DNA from: Lophium mytilinum
Lineage: Eukaryota
DNA length: 64,000 nucleotides
Assembly (NCBI GenBank): GCA_010093605.1
Contig: MU004189.1
Span: forward strand, 1,061,834 to 1,125,833
Direction of reading: 5' to 3'
Numbering within the stretch: the first letter of the stretch is position 1; each line of letters opens with the position of its first letter. This document shows positions 62,137 to 64,000 of the stretch, in pieces. Below the pieces are notes generated by a model. It was not told the DNA's origin. It worked only from the letters and a program-made list of their open reading frames with translations, and ran no database searches. A program made the translations under genes and the position numbers.

Positions 62137-64000
62137 GAGGGCGGCACGGGCTTGTGCACGGGACTAGCTCGTGCACGCATTACCAAAAATCACGCACAAT
62201 AGAAAAATAAGGTTTTCCACTATAATAAGACTTTCTATACAACTCTATAAGTATAAAGTTAAGGTAACTAAAGCTACTCTTTTACTCTATTATAACTATG
62301 TAACTCTCTAGATACTTAAAGGACTTTCTATTTCTCTATAGCTAGCCTAAGGCCTTAAATATATTAATTTTCTTCTTATTATCTATTATAATAATATACT
62401 AAGTTTTTAAAGCTATTTTTCTTAGTATATATAGCTTATAAGCTCTACTTTTACTAAGTAGCTACTAATTAGCTAGCTTTATAGCTTAGGCGGCTTTATC
62501 TAATATCTTTTTAGCTCTCTTAGTATTATATACTATTCTCTTATATATATTCTTCTAATGCCGCTACTAAGATACTTACTACTATATTTATACCTATTAT
62601 TTCTCTTTTTATATAGCTTTTTAAAGCTTTATATTCTCTTTAGTATTAAAAACCTACTTTTTCTCTTTCTTTTATTTCTTTTAAAGCTTATATACCTATT
62701 TTACCTTATTAGGGCTATAGATTATTATAAATCTATCTTCTTTATATATAATAGCTTTAAAAAGAGGCTATTACCTCTTTCTTTTCTTTTATTTCTTCTT
62801 AATAGCTCTATATATAGCCTTATATTATATTTCTATAAGCTTAAGCTATATCTCTAGCTTATATACTCTCTATATAAAAGTATAGTTATTTTAGCTTAGT
62901 ACCTCTTTTAAAATTCTTACTATAGCTTTCTAGAATATTTCTATACTAAAATTAGCTATAGGAAGTTTCTTCTAAGTACTTATATTATACTAATATTAGA
63001 TTTTCTTTAAAATAACCTTAGAATTATATAGATATATACTAGTCCTTTTAAAGCCTAAAGCTATATTCTTAGGCATTATTATAAGCTTCTATACTAGCTA
63101 AAATAATTAAAAGAAGTTTCTCTTTATAAATCTTATATACCCTTAATTTTAATACTAAAATATTACTAATTAAGTATTATACTATATAGTAAGAGGGCTA
63201 AAAAGAGAGATATTTAATAGCTATAATTTATATATTAAATAAGGTAGAAATATAAAGAGAAGAATTCTATTCTTAATATAAAAGTTAATAAATTTACTTA
63301 TTATATATAAACCGTAGCTATTAACTATTAGTAGCTACTAATCTCTTCTATACTAAGCTTTAGCCTTTATTTCTCTTTAGAATATAGTATATAGCTAGGC
63401 GTAGCCTATAGTATAAAAGGTCTATCTATTTAGTAAAGATCTAAAGAAATAGCTATATTTTTATAGTTTAAAATTCTATAGCTATATATTTTATAGATTA
63501 CTAGAAATAGCTTAGTATATAAGAGTAGAAGAGAGCTTTATTCTATTAGTATAGATAGAAGCTACTACTATAATCTACTCTCTATTTCTATTCTATATAA
63601 TATTCTTAAGCTTTAGTATATTTTTAGTAAAGATTCTATACTATTCTATTAAATAGCTAATAAGAAAGCCCTTTTTATCTATATTATAGATATTATACTA
63701 CTTAATACTATACTACTTAATTTTATTACTAAGAAGCTTAAAGTATAAGCTATAGTAGTATTTTAACTCTATCTTTTACTATATAGAATTAATAGGCTTT
63801 AAATAGCCTATATTTAGCTATATTTTATATTACTTATAGAACTAGTATATCTAGTTTTCTTCTAGCTAAATATTATTTATTTTCTAGGCTAAATAATAGA
63901 GAATTTAATATATAGAGGGTATTTCTTTAGCTATAAGGTAGCTAATATAGGCTAGGAGAGCACTAGATTAAGCGCTATTAAGTAATATTTAAGTATTATA
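62137..64000 (-). mobile_element. RIP-inactivated pogo/Fot1-like (Tc1/mariner superfamily) DNA transposon, running off the window end
   Basis: TA|GAGGGCGGCACGGGCTTGTGCACGGGACTAGC TIR. Minus-strand degenerate DDE motifs: LLIVNSYG (from LLIVDGHGSH, ~63320) and KRNFF..KNIALGFKRTSIYLYN (~63020-63125). Extreme TpA enrichment. Confidence 0.8.

Noticed and set aside
62558..62857. 99-aa hydrophobic ORF
   Set aside because: Artefact of AT-rich RIPped transposon sequence.

Overview
Intron-containing filamentous-ascomycete (Pezizomycotina-type) DNA with strong RIP-like (CpA->TpA) damage in repeats. Ordinary genes flank the window. On the left are a secreted/TM arylsulfotransferase-like gene, a MARVEL-like membrane protein and a YAT amino-acid permease. 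On the right are a DDHD phospholipase A1, two small hypothetical genes and a RIPped pogo/Fot1-like transposon. The apparently gene-poor ~43 kb between them (10-52.7 kb) contains a dispersed, co-oriented array of 11 small spliced paralogous genes (71-151 aa by my hand-splicing) that the unspliced ORF track largely misses. Each has a variable low-complexity N-terminus, a phase-0 intron and an invariant RW-x9-W motif (consensus Y-S-M-x-R-W-L-x-E-x-P-x-E-E-x-W). Interleaved with the array are two antisense pseudogene fragments of an Est1/SMG7-like gene, fragments of other host genes (C2H2 TF, NOC3, permease), a RIPped Ty3/Gypsy chromovirus nested in a TA-flanked TIR element, MITEs, and an SDR / Zn2Cys6 / NmrA three-gene cassette. 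All gene models and family names come from manual reading and motif recognition; no database search was run.
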